DNA from: an uncultured Acidobacteriota bacterium
GTDB taxonomy: Bacteria > Acidobacteriota > UBA6911
Reading direction: 5' to 3'
Length of the DNA: 64,000 nt
Assembly: GCA_963827655.1 (NCBI GenBank)
Contig: CAWHCF010000023.1
Coordinates: forward strand, 480,001-544,000
The notes below the pieces were generated by a model. It did not search any database, was not told the DNA's origin, and saw nothing but the letters and a program-made list of their open reading frames with translations. A program made the translations under genes and the position numbers. This document shows positions 31,319 to 40,955 of this stretch, piece after piece. Numbering within the stretch: the first letter of the stretch is position 1; each line of letters opens with the position of its first letter.

Positions 31319-33168
31319 CTGCACCCATGAAGAGCTTCCTGCAGAACGTCGGTCACTATCAGATCCTCGAAAAACTGGGACGGGGCGGAATGGCCGATGT
31401 CTATCTTGCGCTCGATACGACGACCAACAGGCAGGTGGCCTTGAAGCTGGTCGAGCGGGGCTCGAGCCAGGACGCGCAGGAGATACTTGCCGCCGAGCGG
31501 CTGGGCGCCAGGCTCCAGGCCTATCTTTGCACTGTCGACCCGAGGATACCCCGGATTCACACCTGCGGAGATATGGATGGGCACTTCTACATCGACATGG
31601 AATATGTAGCGGGCCGCGATCTGGCCGAGATTCTTCGGGAAGGTCCTCTCGAAGCTCGCGCTGCGGTGCGCATCGCGATTGAACTCTGTGACATTCTGAG
31701 CAAGGCCCATAGCTGCTCGCTCCAGATAGAGGGGAGGGAAATCCGGGCCATCGTCCACGGGGACATCAAGCCCACGAACGTGCGCCTCGATCGGGAGGAC
31801 CGGGTTCGCGTTCTCGACTTTGGCATAGCCAAGGGTCTCTCGCTGACTCGAAAACTCACCATCAACGCTTTTGGCAGCGCGTCCTATTCCTCTCCTGAAA
31901 GGCTCGAGACGGGCCGGATCGACGCGCTGTCAGATCTGTGGGCAGTGGGGGTTGTGTTGTACGAGATGGTCGAAGGAAGATTGCCCTTCGAAGCCCCTTC
32001 GGCTGAAAAGCTGGAGACCATCTTAAAAGGGCGCATTCCCCCGCAGCCGCTCAGTAACAGCTGCCCCAAAGAATTGCAGGAGATCATTTTCAAGTCTCTG
32101 GCGCGTTCCCCGGAAAGAAGGTATCAAAACGCCGGTGAGTTCGAATCGGACCTGAAAGCTTTCGAGGACGGCCGTCCGACCCTGGCCGGCCGCGAGAACG
32201 AGCAGACGCGGCGTTCGGAGTCGGAGGAGGCGCTAATCGATCCGGGCGTGACGCGGCGCGAGGCTGCGGCGCCGGGTTCCGAAGCCAAAGCGACTCGGAG
32301 GCATCTTTCACGCCGGACCAGGATGATTTTGATCTCGGCCGGAGCGGGACTTTTCCTGCTCCTCGCGGTTGCGGTCTTTTGGGAAGCGCTCGTCTTACGG
32401 TCGTCGGGCAGCCTGGCAGCGACCTTTGACAGCCAGCAGATAGACGGCGACACCGCCTGGGTTCAGTATGAAGACATCAAGGCCCGCAGTCTCGTGGGAG
32501 TTGCTCCCCTGGCGCTGCGCCCTTCCCTCAAGAGATTACTGGTCGCTAACTGCGAGCGTGTGATTGACGAGTACCGGAACAATGACGTCCCCAGGGCACG
32601 GGAGGCGGACTGGGCGCGCTGCAAGCGCTACATGACTCATGCCCGCGAGCTCGATCCGACGGACGCGAAAACGGTCGCCATGGTCGAATATTCGGACGGG
32701 CACCTCCTCCGCATCAGCCGCAAGGATGCGGACGCAGTAGCGGCTTTCCAGCGCGCCGCCTCCCTGCAACCCAGATGGCCGGATCCTCACCTGGGAATGG
32801 CGCGCTCTTATATTTACGGTTTGAAGGATGTCGAGCGCGGCATCCGCGCCCTCAAGCGCGCGGATGATCTGGGGCACAAGCCCGGGAAACGCGAGCAGGC
32901 CCAGTTTGCCGACGCTTACAAGATCCGCGGAAACCAATTCTGGAGTGGATCGAAGAAACTGCGCAACACGCCTCAGGAGGAGGAGCTGCTGTCCAAGGCA
33001 AAGGAGGACCTTGAACGAGCGCTCGATCTCTATTCAGACATCGCCCCCTGGGGTGAAAGCACGACTCAGATCCGGTTAACGCAAGAGCTTCTGACCGAAA
33101 TCAAAACCCGCCTTGAAGTTGTTGACCCGCCGAGATCCATATTCAATTGGAAATGGTGGAAGCCGTGA
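31315..33168 (+). CDS. Membrane Hanks-type Ser/Thr kinase with C-terminal TPR-like helical domain
   Basis: LGRGGMADVY, VALK, HGDIKPTN, DFGIAK, YSSPE, SDLWAVG; TM ILISAGAGLFLLLAVAVFW; AVAAFQRAASLQPRWPDPHLGMAR. Confidence 0.92.
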   Translation: MTAPMKSFLQNVGHYQILEKLGRGGMADVYLALDTTTNRQVALKLVERGSSQDAQEILAAERLGARLQAYLCTVDPRIPRIHTCGDMDGHFYIDMEYVAGRDLAEILREGPLEARAAVRIAIELCDILSKAHSCSLQIEGREIRAIVHGDIKPTNVRLDREDRVRVLDFGIAKGLSLTRKLTINAFGSASYSSPERLETGRIDALSDLWAVGVVLYEMVEGRLPFEAPSAEKLETILKGRIPPQPLSNSCPKELQEIIFKSLARSPERRYQNAGEFESDLKAFEDGRPTLAGRENEQTRRSESEEALIDPGVTRREAAAPGSEAKATRRHLSRRTRMILISAGAGLFLLLAVAVFWEALVLRSSGSLAATFDSQQIDGDTAWVQYEDIKARSLVGVAPLALRPSLKRLLVANCERVIDEYRNNDVPRAREADWARCKRYMTHARELDPTDAKTVAMVEYSDGHLLRISRKDADAVAAFQRAASLQPRWPDPHLGMARSYIYGLKDVERGIRALKRADDLGHKPGKREQAQFADAYKIRGNQFWSGSKKLRNTPQEEELLSKAKEDLERALDLYSDIAPWGESTTQIRLTQELLTEIKTRLEVVDPPRSIFNWKWWKP

Positions 33169-33180
33169 AGGCGCGCTGAT

Positions 33181-36100
33181 ATGGCCATCACCCGCAGCAC
33201 CGCGGCAGAACGGGCACTGCGCGCTCCTCGCTATGCCTCCCTGGGAACAACGGGCACCCGCGCACTGGAAACTTATCTGCTCCTGGCCGCCTCGAGCGTG
33301 ATCGCTCTGGGCCTCTTCCTGGTTTATCAGGCCAGGATGTCGGAGCTCGAAAACGAAGCCGCCCGGGGGCAAAGGGTTAACTTGAATCAGGTGCGGACCG
33401 TTGAGGAACTCCTGCCGCGCCTCGGCCTGTTCCTGGACCCCGAAGACCGAACTTTCGCGGCCAGACGAATCCGTGATCGCCTGCGCGAGCGCGAACTCGA
33501 GAGCGTCGGCGAATTGGGTTCGATTCGCGTCACTGCCGATGAGATCCGCCGTACCCGTGGTCTGGACCTTTACGCGTCACGGTTGAGCGATCTCATCGAG
33601 CAATCAGGAAAGAACGCATCTCCCTCCCTTCCCTTGCTGACCGGTGCTCAGCTGCGCCAGGTCCGGCCTTTTTTCGTGGTGCGAACAGAGCATGAGTTTC
33701 GGAGCCTGCTGATCGTCTATTCGTTCATTCTGTTCGCAGCGGTATATGCCGTACACTTGGCCTGGCGCCTCGTGCGCTTCGGGGGAGACTTGATTCTGCT
33801 CCCTCTGGGTCATTTCCTCACCGGAATCGGTACCCTCATGATGCTGAGCCTGCGCGATCCCCTTCGGGATCGCGCGCTATTCCCGGATTTTATCCTGGGT
33901 ATCGCCCTGGGCTGCATCTTGCTCTTTTTCTGCAGCCGGCCGGACTACGAAAGCACGCTCCTGCGCCGCCTGGCCTACATCCCGCTGCTTGCAAGCTTTG
34001 GGTTATCGGTGATGCTGGTGGTCTTTGGATCGGGGCCCGGAGTGAGCGACGCCAAGGTCAATCTGGCTCTTGGACCGTTCTCCACCCAGCCGGTAGAGCT
34101 GATCAAGATACTTCTGTTACTGTTCCTGGCCGGGTACTTCGCGCAGCGCTGGGAGTTTTTTCGGGAACTCCAGGAACCGCGAGTCAGGCTGCCCCGCTGG
34201 CTGCGGGGCTTTGATGTGCCGCGCCTGCAATACGCCGTTCCGGTGGTTGCCGGAGTCGCGCTGGCTATCGGGTTTTTCTTCCTGCAGAAAGACCTCGGAC
34301 CGGCGCTGGTCTTCGCGCTGCTGTTCTTGACCCTTTATGCGATCGCGCGCGCCAGGGCCCTCGCGCTGGTCCTCGGCTGCGCGGCCCTCATCCTTACGTT
34401 CGCTGTCGGTTACCAGCTGAAGATGCCTCGAACCGTGGCCGCCCGCGTCGCAGTGTGGCTTTCCCCTTGGGACAACTACATCCGGCCCGGCGGCGATCAC
34501 CTCGCGCAATCATTGTGGACCTTCGCTTCGGGAGGGACTTTCGGCAGCGGCCTCGGGCTGGGAGATCCGGAATCAGTTCCTGCCATCCATACGGACTTCG
34601 TTCTGGCCGCTGCCGGCGAAGAGCTCGGCTTCGCCGGGCTGCTGGGGATATATCTCCTCTACGGGTTGCTCATCGATCGCGCCCTTAAAATCTCGCTCGG
34701 CGCCCGCGGCCATTACACCCTCTTCCTGGGGTTGGGACTTGCGCTGCTGCTGGGCTTCCAGGTCGCGCTGATCTCAGGAGGAATCCTTGGGCTGGTCCCC
34801 CTTTCCGGTGTGGTCACGCCCTTTTTGAACTACGGCAAGTCTTCGACTATTGTGAACTTCATAGCCCTGGGAATCCTGGCTTCGATCTCTGCCCATCCCG
34901 GCCCGCCGGGGCAAAACGAGATGTTTCGCAAGCCGGTCCGGTGGGTGGGCGGAGTCCTGGCGGCGCTTGCGGCGGCGGTCTTGATTCAAGCCGCGCGGAT
35001 CCAGATCGTCGACAGTGATAATTTCATGGTCGCAGGAATTCTGGGGGTGCAGGCTGACGGCCACCGACGTTACTCTTACAATCCACGAATTCTCGCGGCC
35101 GCGCGCCAGATTGACCGCGGTTCGATTTTCGACCGGAATGGAATTCCACTGGCGGTTAGCTCGAGGGAGCCGCTGGAATCTCGCCGAGCGGAATTCCAGA
35201 AGCTTGGGATCGTGCTGGAGGAAACCCTGGATCCGTACGCCGGCAGGCAGTACCCGTTCGGAGGGCTGACCTTCCACCTGCTGGGCGACCTGCGATCGAG
35301 GATCAACTGGGGAGCGCCCAACACCGCTTTCGTCGAGCGGGATTTCAATGTCAAGCTCCAGGGCTACGACGACGGCGCGCGCGTGGTCCGCGTAAGGGAC
35401 ACACCCGAGGGCGTCGCACACCCGGTCCTGAAGCATGACTACCGCGAGCTGATCCCGCTGGTCCGGTATCGTCACCGCCCCGAACATGAGCAGGTGCAGG
35501 AACTTCTCCGACGCGACCGCGACCTCCGCGTTTCCATCGATATCCGGCTGCAGAAGCAGGTTGCGGAGATACTCGAGCAGCACATCCGCGGCGCCGGGAG
35601 CGAGAAGGGTGCCGCCATAGTCCTGGATCCCGTCACGGGCGAGCTGCTGGCCTCGGCGACCTACCCCTGGTCGGAGGCGATGGACGGAGGCGGACTGCTG
35701 GAAGATGGGGATGAGAATTCCGGCCGCAACGAGAGTCGTCTCGACCGGCCGCGATTCGGACTCTATCCGCCAGGGTCGGTGTTCAAGCTGATCACGGCAA
35801 GCGCCGCGATGGAGGCGCAGCCCGATGCGGAAAAGGAGACTTTCGTCTGCAAGCGGCTGCCCGATGGCCGGGTGGGCAACGTTGTTCGGGGCAGGAGCCG
35901 GCCGGTTCGTGACGATGTCCTCGACACGGCTCCTCACGGAAGCGTCGATATGGCGCGCGGAATCGCGATCTCGTGCAACGCCTACTTCGCACAGCTCGGG
36001 ACTTACGTGGTGGGACCCGAGAAGTTGCTGCGAGTCGCGGATTTCTTTGGCATACGTGTCGCATCCCCCAACACTCCCGCCAAGCTTATGGACGCCCTCC

Positions 36101-36534
36101 CCCAGGCCTCTTACGGTCAGGGACAGGTGGTCGCATCGCCCATGCAGATGGCACGCGTGGCCGCGGCTATCGCTAACGGCGGCAAGACTCAGACCGTAGG
36201 GCTGATCGCCGGAGTAACCACTCAGGGGCAACAGGTGTTCCGTCCGGAGCACGCGCGGCTGCTGGCGGCCGCCATGCGCGCCGCAGTGACCGGAGGGACG
36301 GGAAAGGCGCTGAAAGATTTACCGATCCCGGTCGCCGGAAAGACCGGCACGGCCGAGCTGAGCGCCAAACCCTCGCATGCCTGGTTCGCCGGATTCGCGC
36401 CGTATGACAGTTCGGCTCGCAAACGGATCGCCTTTGCGGTGATCGTCGAGAACGGCCGGTACGGAGGGCGCGTGGCGGCGCCGCTGGCGGGAGAAATTAT
36501 TAATGCGGCGGCGCGGCAGAAACTTATTGAGTAA
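33181..36534 (+). CDS. FtsW/RodA (SEDS) glycosyltransferase fused to a class B penicillin-binding transpeptidase
   Basis: SEDS: QPVELIK, QKDLGPAL, GSGLGLG, PAIHTDF, PLSGVVTPFLNYG. PBP: RGSIFDRNG, RQYPFG, PPGSVFK (SxxK), SCN (SxN), GKTGTAE. Confidence 0.93.
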   Translation: MAITRSTAAERALRAPRYASLGTTGTRALETYLLLAASSVIALGLFLVYQARMSELENEAARGQRVNLNQVRTVEELLPRLGLFLDPEDRTFAARRIRDRLRERELESVGELGSIRVTADEIRRTRGLDLYASRLSDLIEQSGKNASPSLPLLTGAQLRQVRPFFVVRTEHEFRSLLIVYSFILFAAVYAVHLAWRLVRFGGDLILLPLGHFLTGIGTLMMLSLRDPLRDRALFPDFILGIALGCILLFFCSRPDYESTLLRRLAYIPLLASFGLSVMLVVFGSGPGVSDAKVNLALGPFSTQPVELIKILLLLFLAGYFAQRWEFFRELQEPRVRLPRWLRGFDVPRLQYAVPVVAGVALAIGFFFLQKDLGPALVFALLFLTLYAIARARALALVLGCAALILTFAVGYQLKMPRTVAARVAVWLSPWDNYIRPGGDHLAQSLWTFASGGTFGSGLGLGDPESVPAIHTDFVLAAAGEELGFAGLLGIYLLYGLLIDRALKISLGARGHYTLFLGLGLALLLGFQVALISGGILGLVPLSGVVTPFLNYGKSSTIVNFIALGILASISAHPGPPGQNEMFRKPVRWVGGVLAALAAAVLIQAARIQIVDSDNFMVAGILGVQADGHRRYSYNPRILAAARQIDRGSIFDRNGIPLAVSSREPLESRRAEFQKLGIVLEETLDPYAGRQYPFGGLTFHLLGDLRSRINWGAPNTAFVERDFNVKLQGYDDGARVVRVRDTPEGVAHPVLKHDYRELIPLVRYRHRPEHEQVQELLRRDRDLRVSIDIRLQKQVAEILEQHIRGAGSEKGAAIVLDPVTGELLASATYPWSEAMDGGGLLEDGDENSGRNESRLDRPRFGLYPPGSVFKLITASAAMEAQPDAEKETFVCKRLPDGRVGNVVRGRSRPVRDDVLDTAPHGSVDMARGIAISCNAYFAQLGTYVVGPEKLLRVADFFGIRVASPNTPAKLMDALPQASYGQGQVVASPMQMARVAAAIANGGKTQTVGLIAGVTTQGQQVFRPEHARLLAAAMRAAVTGGTGKALKDLPIPVAGKTGTAELSAKPSHAWFAGFAPYDSSARKRIAFAVIVENGRYGGRVAAPLAGEIINAAARQKLIE

Positions 36535-36583
36535 AATCGCGTCATATTTGGGGTCTTGGCGCCTTCGTGGTAAATGGTAGAAT

Positions 36584-37399
36584 ATGCGATTCCTGGACAC
36601 CCTCCTGAGGGCGGAACACAAGATCCAGAAGCGGGTTGATAAAGTCTTCGGGCGCGGCGCAGCGCGCACTCCGTTGGAAATCCGGCGGGAAATCCTGGAC
36701 CAGGTGGAAAACAGCATCGTCAGGGATGGTCGGGGGAAACACTTTCCCTTCAGCCGGATAACGGTCCGTTTCCAGCCAGAGGGGGACGATCAGCGAGCGA
36801 TACTCTGCGCCGCATTCCTCGAGGGGAAGTCTCTGGAGCAGGACATTCGAGATCTTCTTCACCACTCCGGCTGTCAGCTGCACGATAGCCTGGAGATCGC
36901 ACTTGATTTCGGCGACCCGCCCGGCGCCGGATCGGCAGTGAATCCAGAAGACAGGTTTCACCTGGAGTTCACCCGCCCGGCCGAGCAGAAATCCCGATCG
37001 AGGAAGAGGCATCGGCTGCCGGAGGTCGAGTTTGAAGTCCTGAAAGGGGCGGCGGAGCAAGCCGTCTTTCGTATCGCGAAGACGAGGATTCACTTGGGAC
37101 GCCTGAAAGAGGTCGTCGATCGAGAAGGACAGATAGTAAGAAGAAATGACGTCGTCTTCCTGGACAGCGGAGATGAAGTCAATTCCACGGTTGGACGGGC
37201 GCACGCAATGGTGTTCTTCGACGAGGCCAGGAATGAGTTCCGCATTGTCGACGAGGTGAGCAAGTACGGAACTCGGATATTCCGTGAGAGCCGCCCGATC
37301 GAGATTCCACCCGGAAAGCCGCGCGGAATCGGGCTGCGTCCCGGTGACGAGATTTACCTGGGCCGCGCTTGCCTCCGTTTTGGAATCCCATCAGTTTGA
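36584..37399 (+). CDS. Second FhaA-like protein (DUF3662-like plus FHA domain)
   Basis: PLEIRREILDQVE; IHLGR..TVGRAHA..DEVSKYGTRI..LRPGDEIYLGRACLRF. Confidence 0.82.
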   Translation: MRFLDTLLRAEHKIQKRVDKVFGRGAARTPLEIRREILDQVENSIVRDGRGKHFPFSRITVRFQPEGDDQRAILCAAFLEGKSLEQDIRDLLHHSGCQLHDSLEIALDFGDPPGAGSAVNPEDRFHLEFTRPAEQKSRSRKRHRLPEVEFEVLKGAAEQAVFRIAKTRIHLGRLKEVVDREGQIVRRNDVVFLDSGDEVNSTVGRAHAMVFFDEARNEFRIVDEVSKYGTRIFRESRPIEIPPGKPRGIGLRPGDEIYLGRACLRFGIPSV

Positions 37400-37454
37400 A
37401 TTTGCCCGCCGTCACGACAAGCCCTGAGAATAAAGATTGGATGAGAAGCCGACT

Positions 37455-38237
37455 ATGAAATCGAAATACGTTGAGAACTATCCCGGAAAGCGGTGGCTGA
37501 AAGCCGAAATGCACTCACACTGCAGCCTGGATCCTGTTGACTACAGGATGTGTGCTCATTCCCCGGAGCAGCTGATTTCCGAGGCCGCCCGCCTCGGCTA
37601 CGAAGTGCTGGCCATTACCTGCCACAACCTCGATATATGGAGCCAGGATCTCTCCGACTACGCAGCGAGCCTGGGGATCACGCTTGTTCCCGGCATGGAA
37701 GTGTCGACGGAAGGACGCCGCCATACGCTGGTCTATAACTTTCGAACCGGCGCTGAGAACCTCAATACGCTTGAGAAGATTCGCCGTCGCTCACGCGAGG
37801 ACACTCTGGTTGTGGCTGCGCATCCCTATTTCCCGGGCAAAGTATGTCTCGGATCTCTCCTGGAGCGGCATATCGACCTTTTCGATGCCGTCGAATCTTC
37901 GGGCTTCTTTGCTCCAGGCCTCGACTTTAACCGGCGGGCCAGAGCGGTCGCGCAGGAGCACAGAAAACCGTTGGTCGGCAATGGCGACGTTCATTTCCTG
38001 TGGCAGCTGGGAAGAACGTTTACCTGGATTTACGCCGAACCGAATGTCCGCGGGATTCTGGATGCCGTCAAGCGAGGCGATGTGCGCGTGGAGTCTCAGG
38101 CGCTGGCTTATGTTGATCTCGCGCGCTGGTGGGCGACTGCGCTCTGGCATCGCGTTTTCCCGATTCGTCCGGCTCCTGCGCCAGCCGGGGAATCAACGCA
38201 CTGCGCCTCGCCGGCTTTCAAATCCTCGATACCGTAA
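37455..38237 (+). CDS. PHP domain (polymerase/histidinol phosphatase) protein
   Basis: LKAEMHSH, LAITCHN, PGMEVS, AAHPY, GNGDVH. Confidence 0.88.
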   Translation: MKSKYVENYPGKRWLKAEMHSHCSLDPVDYRMCAHSPEQLISEAARLGYEVLAITCHNLDIWSQDLSDYAASLGITLVPGMEVSTEGRRHTLVYNFRTGAENLNTLEKIRRRSREDTLVVAAHPYFPGKVCLGSLLERHIDLFDAVESSGFFAPGLDFNRRARAVAQEHRKPLVGNGDVHFLWQLGRTFTWIYAEPNVRGILDAVKRGDVRVESQALAYVDLARWWATALWHRVFPIRPAPAPAGESTHCASPAFKSSIP

Positions 38238-38522
38238 AACGGCTTGACGATCGGGAGATGACATGAAGCGCCACAAGTGGGCTGGGAATTGGTGCTCACG
38301 GCCCGCTTCGCGGACGACGTCGAGGTGCCCATCAGATTGGCCGACGGGAAGACGCGGCCTGATTTCGACCCGGATAACCGATCTCCCGAGGCGGGCCGGA
38401 TGACTCGCCGATGAAGATACTGATTCCTACGTGCGCCAAGTCCGGCAGGCCTGGAAAGGTTGATTCTTAGTCGTTTCTTTGTGTCTTCGCGTCTTAGCGG
38501 TATTTGTTCCCAGCGCCACCGA

Positions 38523-39401
38523 TCACTCGCCGCGGCGGACGATATACACCCCGAATAAAATCAGCGCGGCGCCCGCGATTTGCGACCTTTCCGGCGCCTC
38601 TCCAAGCATGAGCCATCCTCCTGCCAGCCCGATCAGCGGGGTCAAGTTGGAATAGAGGGCCGTGCGCGAGACGCCCAGGTGGCGGAGTCCATAGGACCAG
38701 CCGAGATAGCAGTAAACGATGGAAAGAAAGGTCGAGTAACAGAATCCCAGCCATCCTCGCAGAGGAATGGAGAGCCAATCCTGTCGCACCATGGACGGAA
38801 TCACAAGAGGAAGCAAAACCGCGGTGCCCGCCATCATCACCCAGAGGGTGAGCCGCAGCGCGCCGTACTTGACTATCAGGTGCGCCGCGTTTCCTGTGTA
38901 CCATCCCCAGCACAATGCCGAGCCCAGAATCATGGCGTCTCCGCGCCAGTCGACCCCGAAAGATAATTGTTGCGAGCTGGACAACACGACGGCCGCCACG
39001 CCCGCCACCGAGAGCCCAATGCCGCTGAGCACCTTGGTGCTGAAGGATTCCCCCTTCGAGAGCACGCCTGCGAGATAGGCGAAGACCGGGGTCGAGGCCA
39101 TGAGCAGGCCGACGTTTCCTGCTTTTGTTTGGGCGAGCCCGAAGACGAAGAGGATCTGGTAAACCGTTGTGGAAACAATCCCGAGACCAATGATGGACGG
39201 CAGGTCCTGGCGATTCAACCTGAGAGGCTCGCCGCGTATTTTCAGAATGGCCGCCAGAGTCATGACGGCAACACAGAAACGCGGGCCGGTGAAAGCCAGA
39301 GGACTGAAATAGGTGTAGAGATGCTTCATGATCGAAAAATTCAATCCCCAGATCAGGATCACGCTCAGCAGTATCAGGTCGGCCCACACGACTCTCTTCA
39401 T
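38523..39401 (-). CDS. DMT / EamA family transporter
   Basis: About ten hydrophobic segments; IWGLNF, RF, GDAMILGSALCWGWY, YSNLTP, LGE. Confidence 0.92.
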   Translation of the reverse strand: MKRVVWADLILLSVILIWGLNFSIMKHLYTYFSPLAFTGPRFCVAVMTLAAILKIRGEPLRLNRQDLPSIIGLGIVSTTVYQILFVFGLAQTKAGNVGLLMASTPVFAYLAGVLSKGESFSTKVLSGIGLSVAGVAAVVLSSSQQLSFGVDWRGDAMILGSALCWGWYTGNAAHLIVKYGALRLTLWVMMAGTAVLLPLVIPSMVRQDWLSIPLRGWLGFCYSTFLSIVYCYLGWSYGLRHLGVSRTALYSNLTPLIGLAGGWLMLGEAPERSQIAGAALILFGVYIVRRGE

Positions 39402-39402
39402 T

Positions 39403-39605
39403 TCGGATTTTGGACACCGATCAGTTTAATTGCGATTTCCGATTGCGGATTCAAGTAAGCGTCGATGAAGACGTCTGCTGCTGCCGCGATTTCACGACCG
39501 GCTTTGACCTTGTCGAGAATCGCGACCCACAATCGGAAATAGTTCACCCCCGGGGTGCGCAGAATCGATGTCGGCCGAGCATCCAACGCGCAATCCGCAA
39601 TCGAC
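39403..39605. repeat. Degenerate inverted GATTGCG / CGCAATC heptamer arrays
   Basis: TTGCGATTTCCGATTGCGGATT (about 39430-39452) versus AATCGCGACCCACAATCGGAAAT and CGCAATCCGCAATCG (about 39518-39603). Confidence 0.65.
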
Positions 39606-39610
39606 AAGGC

Positions 39611-40954
39611 TTACAACAAATCAAAAATTGAGGATGCCTGCGAACCGCGCAGCAGGGAATGCAGGCGAATCGCATCCATATCGGTGAGGAGCGCCAGAAA
39701 ATTACACACTCCTCGCGCCGCCTCCATTTCTCCCCTGCCGATGCACTCTTCGATGATGGGACGATAGTAGCGCGGAAACAGAGCGTTGCTCCGTTTCTTG
39801 ACCAGCTCTTCCATGAGCAGATGAAACAAGTCTCGAAGAATCTCCTTTCCCTTTGAGCTCATGGCGGCGACACGCGGATCGGTGATTACGGCTTCCCAGA
39901 TGACGGCTTTGCAAAGCACCGACAGGATGCGGGGCTCGGAAGGAACCACGAGCGTCCAGGAATAATCGGCTCGCCGGCTCTCTGCAAAAAATTCAACCGA
40001 AACTGAAATGACCAGCTCGTTGACGATATTCCGGAGGGCCTTTTTCCGGTGGGCGCGCTCATCACCAGTCCCCGGAGGGCGGATTCGTTGACCCAGGCAC
40101 CGCAGCCGCTCCCGGATTTCGGCGCGGCTCAGCTCGGGGACACCTTCGCTCTCGCGCGTTTCCTCGTAGCGTTTGACGACGCATCGCACAAAGGCAGCTT
40201 CCGCGAGATCGCCCGGGCGTAAGAATTGCGCCTGGAGAGCATCCTCCACGTCGTGGACCGAATAGGCGCAGTCGTCCGCCCAATCCAGGATCTGGCAGAT
40301 AAGAGACGTTCGGGAGCGTTTGCCTCTTTTTTTCTCTCGAGCCGAGAGCAGCTGGGTTCCTCCCCGTATCGCCCAACGGGCACTCGGAATATCCGAGGTG
40401 AAGATGAATTTTTCATTTCCGATGTCCTGCTCATACGGATACTTCATGACTCCGGCCAAAGTAGCGCGCGTCAGGTTGAGGCCCGGATAGTCGGGGGATT
40501 TCGGTTCCGCGGCCACCAGAATGTGGAAGGTCTGGGCGTTACCTTCGAAGCGGAGCGCCCGGTTACCTCGCAAACGAGCGCGGCGGCTGACCTCGCGCAT
40601 GCACGAGTCGAGGGTCTCCTCACCGGCGTGCCCGAAAGGTGGATGGCCCAGATCATGCGCCAGCGTCGCCGCTTCGGCCAGTTCGGGGGTGAGGCACCGG
40701 GCGAGAGCAGGCTGGTCGAACAGAAGGTTGTGACTGATTGCGCGGGCCAGCTGTGCTGCTTCGATGGTGTGGGTCAGCCGCGTGCGATAGAAGTCGGCCT
40801 GCCCAATGCCGAATACCTGGGTCTTGCCTTGCAGCCTGCGGAAAGCTGCACTATGCAGAATGCGGTCCCGGTCTCGCTCGGTGGGATGACGATGATCCTT
40901 GGGGGACGGAGGAGGTTCGTCGTGCTCGCGCTCGAGAAGATACTGATCCATCAT
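39611..40954 (-). CDS. dgt: Deoxyguanosinetriphosphate triphosphohydrolase (HD-domain dNTPase)
   Basis: RDRDRILHSAAFRRLQGKTQVF, RTRLTH, LAHDLGHPPFGHAGE, FEGNAQT, ADDCAYSVHDVED. Confidence 0.93.
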   Translation of the reverse strand: MMDQYLLEREHDEPPPSPKDHRHPTERDRDRILHSAAFRRLQGKTQVFGIGQADFYRTRLTHTIEAAQLARAISHNLLFDQPALARCLTPELAEAATLAHDLGHPPFGHAGEETLDSCMREVSRRARLRGNRALRFEGNAQTFHILVAAEPKSPDYPGLNLTRATLAGVMKYPYEQDIGNEKFIFTSDIPSARWAIRGGTQLLSAREKKRGKRSRTSLICQILDWADDCAYSVHDVEDALQAQFLRPGDLAEAAFVRCVVKRYEETRESEGVPELSRAEIRERLRCLGQRIRPPGTGDERAHRKKALRNIVNELVISVSVEFFAESRRADYSWTLVVPSEPRILSVLCKAVIWEAVITDPRVAAMSSKGKEILRDLFHLLMEELVKKRSNALFPRYYRPIIEECIGRGEMEAARGVCNFLALLTDMDAIRLHSLLRGSQASSIFDLL

Positions 40955-40955
40955 T

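Noticed and set aside
38240-38420. Possible small ORF or gene remnant after the PHP gene (ELVLTARFADDVEVPIRLADG...)
   Set aside because: No clear start or RBS and no recognisable family; cannot be supported without a search.
39398-39631. Small ORFs between EamA and dgt
   Set aside because: Made largely of repeat-derived codons (IADC, NPQSEI); no family motif recognised.
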